Positions 28,939-32,000 of a stretch of DNA of 32,000 nt are shown here, in pieces. The position numbers and the translations under genes are program-made. The notes under the pieces were generated by a model. It made no database searches and was not told the DNA's origin. It was given only the letters and a program-made list of their open reading frames with translations. The stretch comes from Blochmannia endosymbiont of Camponotus modoc (lineage in GTDB: Bacteria; Pseudomonadota; Gammaproteobacteria; Enterobacterales; Enterobacteriaceae), in NCBI RefSeq assembly GCF_023585785.1, contig NZ_CP097765.1, positions 150,001 to 182,000 on the forward strand, written 5' to 3'. Numbering within the stretch: position 1 is the first letter of the stretch; each line of letters starts with the position of its first letter.

Positions 28939-31803
28939 TTAACTTAGATTTAATGCATCGTCAATTAATTTTTTTTGTTGTTGTTGATGTACTGAAAAAT
29001 ATCCTACTGCAGGTGCAGCAGCATCAGGACGTCCTATATAATTTAATGTAACATTTTCAGATATTATGTTATGAAAACAATGTTGTATGTAATACCAAGC
29101 ACCTTGATTTTTAGGTTCTTCTTGACACCAAGTAAAATCTTGTACATTTGAATAAGAAGCTAAAATAGCTTGTATATTTTTATAAGGAAAAGGATATAGT
29201 TGTTCAATGCGAATAATAGCTATGTTATATTGTTCGTTTTTACGTCGTTGAATTAATAAATCATAATATACCTTTCCAGAGCATATTATCACACGTTTGA
29301 TTTTATTTGAAAGGATATTATCATCTATTTCATTAAAGACCGTTTTAAATGATCCATATGCTAAATCTTCTAATGAAGTAGTTACCATGGGATGTCTTAA
29401 TAGAGATTTTGGTGATATAATAATTAGTGGTTTTTTACAATTAATATCACATGTTGCTTGTTGGCGTAATATATGGTACATTTGGTCTGGGGTGGAAGGC
29501 ACACAAACGTATATATTATGTTCAGCGCACAATTGTAAATATCGTTCCATACGAGAAGAAGAATGTTCCGGGCCTTGTCCTTCATATCCGTGAGGTAAAA
29601 GCATTACTAAACCGCATAATTGGCCCCATTTTTGCTCACTGGAACTAATGAATTGATCGATGACAATTTGCGCTCCATTAGAAAAATCTCCAAATTGCGC
29701 TTCCCAAATAATTAGCATATTATTTGCCAAACTGGCGTAACCATACTCAAATGCTAAAGCTGCCTCTTCGGATAACACTGAATCCCAAATAAAAAGAGAC
29801 CCTTTTTTATTTTCTTTTTTATTATTAATAAGGTGTATTAAAGGGATATATTTTGTACCATTATTTTGATCATGTATCACAGCATGTCTATGAAAAAAAG
29901 TTCCTCGAGCAGCGTCTTCTCCAGATAAACGAATAGAAATTCCTTGATCTAATAAAGTAGCGTATGCTAGCACTTCTGCTGCTCCCCAATCAAACAATCT
30001 ATTACCTAAAGCCATCTCTATTCTTTCATGATAAATTTTTTTTACTCTAGAGTGCATAGCGACACTCGATGGAATATCATTGATACGATAGGCTAAATTT
30101 TTTAAGTATTGGGTGTTTATTTTGTTAGAATGCAGAATGTTTTTATTTTTGTTTAAGCTATTTGTATGTAAAGAAGCGCGAATATGCACCGGTTTCCATT
30201 TATTCAGAACACAACATTTTTTTTCTAATTTTTCACGATATGTATTAATCATTTGAGAAATTTCATTTTTCTTTATAATTCCATTTTTATTTAAAAAATC
30301 AGAATAAATATTAAGTAATGTTGGATGATTACGAATTTTTTTATACATCAGAGGTTGAGTAACACTTGGTTCGTCAGCTTCATTGTGTCCGTGTCTACGA
30401 TAACATACTAGATCAATTATTACATCACGTTTAAACACACTGCGAAAATTTAATGCGGAGCGAGTAACATAAACAACTGCATCTACATTATCTGCGTTAA
30501 CATGGAATATAGGGGCTTGTATCATTTTTGCGATATCTGTACAATGTTGAGTAGAACGAATGTCGTGGATATTTGATGTTGTAAATCCTACTTGATTATT
30601 AATAATAATATGTACTGTGCCTCCTACATCATAAGCACGAGTTTTAGACATGTTAAAAGTTTCTTGAACGATGCCTTGAGCACTAATTGCTGCGTCTCCA
30701 TGTATTGTAATTGGGAGCACGATATTGCATTTTTTTTCGTCATGATGAATCGATTCTTTAAGCAACTGATCAATCCGCGCTCGAGTACATCCCATGACTA
30801 CTGGGCTAACAATTTCTAGATGAGAAGGGTTACATAATAGAGATAAATGTATGATCTCTCCATTAACTGTAACATCTGAATAAAATCCTTGATGATATTT
30901 CACGTCGCCACTACTGCAAGTAGCATGGTGTTTATTGGAAAATTCATCAAATAAATCTTGAGGATTTTTACCTAAAATATTAATCAATACATTTAGACGA
31001 CCACGGTGAGCCATACCTAAAAATATTTCTTTAATATTATGATGACAAGCAGAGTAACGTATAATTTCTTTTAGCATAGGGATTAAAACATCACCCCCTT
31101 CTAATGAAAATCTTTTAACTCCTGGAAATTTTATTCCTAAATAACGCTCTATTCCTTCTGCCGAAACAATTTCTTGCAGAAATTGTTTTTTCTCTTCACC
31201 ATGAAAGTTCAGCATTCCTACTGTGGATTCAAAATGATTTTGAATCCACAGTATTATATTTATATCAAGAATATGCATATACTCAATGCCTATAGGACCA
31301 CAATAAGTTTTTTTAAGAAATTCATATATTTCTAACAAGGTCATTGATTCTTTGTTGATTCCAAAATGGGTTATATCAAATTTTCTTTGAAGATTTTTTA
31401 AAACGAAATTATAACTCTCTAAGTCTAAAAGATAATTTTTGTATTCACTGTTCCGTAATTGTAAAGGATCCAATGCGGCGCATTGGTGTCCATATATTCT
31501 GAAAGAATTTATTAATTGTAATATTTGTATATAAGTAATATTGCTACAATTATTAGCTTGTGCATGTGAATCATGAGATGCAATGTTGTATTGTAATTTA
31601 GAACACGTGTTATTTTTTAAATTATCAGAATATTGATCGTTATAATTGTTTTCAACAGATAATTGTTTAAACACTTCAATCCAACTAGAATCGATGGAAT
31701 TGGGATTTTTTAAAAAATCCTTATAAATTTGTTCTATATAAGATTGATTATTTTTTGATAAATAAGAAGAATTTAACCAATTTTTCAGTGTGTCACTATA
31801 CAT
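28939..31803 (-). CDS. sucA: 2-oxoglutarate dehydrogenase E1 component
   Basis: The 954-aa ORF has an N-terminus LKNWLNSSYLSKNNQSYIEQIYKDFL matching E. coli LKAWLDSSYLSGANQSWIEQLYEDFL. The thiamine-diphosphate region (GMAHRGRLNVL, HGDAA..QG.V.E, CYRR.GHNE.DEP) is conserved. AAGGA lies upstream of ATG 31803. Confidence 0.96.
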   Translation of the reverse strand: MYSDTLKNWLNSSYLSKNNQSYIEQIYKDFLKNPNSIDSSWIEVFKQLSVENNYNDQYSDNLKNNTCSKLQYNIASHDSHAQANNCSNITYIQILQLINSFRIYGHQCAALDPLQLRNSEYKNYLLDLESYNFVLKNLQRKFDITHFGINKESMTLLEIYEFLKKTYCGPIGIEYMHILDINIILWIQNHFESTVGMLNFHGEEKKQFLQEIVSAEGIERYLGIKFPGVKRFSLEGGDVLIPMLKEIIRYSACHHNIKEIFLGMAHRGRLNVLINILGKNPQDLFDEFSNKHHATCSSGDVKYHQGFYSDVTVNGEIIHLSLLCNPSHLEIVSPVVMGCTRARIDQLLKESIHHDEKKCNIVLPITIHGDAAISAQGIVQETFNMSKTRAYDVGGTVHIIINNQVGFTTSNIHDIRSTQHCTDIAKMIQAPIFHVNADNVDAVVYVTRSALNFRSVFKRDVIIDLVCYRRHGHNEADEPSVTQPLMYKKIRNHPTLLNIYSDFLNKNGIIKKNEISQMINTYREKLEKKCCVLNKWKPVHIRASLHTNSLNKNKNILHSNKINTQYLKNLAYRINDIPSSVAMHSRVKKIYHERIEMALGNRLFDWGAAEVLAYATLLDQGISIRLSGEDAARGTFFHRHAVIHDQNNGTKYIPLIHLINNKKENKKGSLFIWDSVLSEEAALAFEYGYASLANNMLIIWEAQFGDFSNGAQIVIDQFISSSEQKWGQLCGLVMLLPHGYEGQGPEHSSSRMERYLQLCAEHNIYVCVPSTPDQMYHILRQQATCDINCKKPLIIISPKSLLRHPMVTTSLEDLAYGSFKTVFNEIDDNILSNKIKRVIICSGKVYYDLLIQRRKNEQYNIAIIRIEQLYPFPYKNIQAILASYSNVQDFTWCQEEPKNQGAWYYIQHCFHNIISENVTLNYIGRPDAAAPAVGYFSVHQQQQKKLIDDALNLS

Positions 31804-32000
31804 TCTAAAATCCTTGTATTTTATTACATTTATTTTTTAAAATACTCGACATTAAGTAATTAGTTTAATAAAGTATTTGCTATATTATAAGTAATTGGTT
31901 TTCAATGTTATTAGCTACTGTAATCATGCATAGATATATATTTCATTTTATTTGGATTGTTATTTGTACATTATGTTAAATTGTGCTTTATAATTATTGT

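Noticed and set aside
2253-30819. Many short ORFs in the track lie inside or antisense to the annotated genes. Examples are 2253-2468, 9396-9647, 10626-10814, 11882-12079, 13698-13991, 13957-14196, 15937-16125, 16667-16981, 20881-21063, 22230-22412, 24278-24466, 26462-26812, 27822-28094, 28357-28554, 29297-29593, 29451-29648 and 30592-30819.
   Set aside because: Each is fully embedded in a gene with strong, full-length homology in another frame or on the other strand. Their translations are low-complexity or hydrophobic, with no recognisable motifs. They are typical shadow ORFs.
1-32000. A search for mobile elements, CRISPR arrays, toxin-antitoxin or defence islands, and rRNA or tRNA genes.
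   Set aside because: I saw no direct-repeat/spacer architecture, no transposase-, integrase- or phage-like ORFs, no terminal inverted repeats flanking cargo, and no tRNA T-loop/acceptor patterns or rRNA-like conserved blocks. Every sizeable ORF is a housekeeping gene with an E. coli ortholog.

Overview
The window reads as ordinary core chromosome from a very A+T-rich, reduced gammaproteobacterial genome of the insect-endosymbiont type. Protein sequences and gene order are close to E. coli. Retention of Tol-Pal, LolB, KdsA and SucABCD resembles Blochmannia/Wigglesworthia-like symbionts, but the taxon cannot be fixed without a database search. I support 27 protein genes in E. coli-syntenic blocks: pheT-pheS-rplT-rpmI-infC-thrS (-), kdsA, prmC-prfA (-), lolB-ispE-prs, pth-ychF (+), ybhL, gpmA (-), pgl (+), cpoB-pal-tolB-tolA-tolR-tolQ (-) and sucD-sucC-sucB-sucA (-). 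I found no rRNA, tRNA, CRISPR array, transposase or IS element, prophage or defence-system gene, and no convincing undescribed multi-gene system. The interesting signals concern genome erosion. (1) thrS is cut down to its catalytic and anticodon-binding core, and the TGS and editing-domain coding sequence survives only as a frameshifted, internally deleted relic just upstream. (2) About 1.75 kb of extremely A+T-rich DNA upstream of that relic has no listed ORF and holds a possible IHF/HU-like gene relic. (3) Both convergent gene pairs in the window are separated by long perfect palindromes, one of them a 60-nt nested palindrome. (4) infC must start at a non-canonical ATT codon. (5) tolA is shortened and several neighbouring genes overlap. 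(6) Several spacers sit exactly where E. coli has hemA, ybgC/cyd, sirB1/2 or a tRNA operon. All homology statements come from my own translation and remembered E. coli sequences, not from searches.
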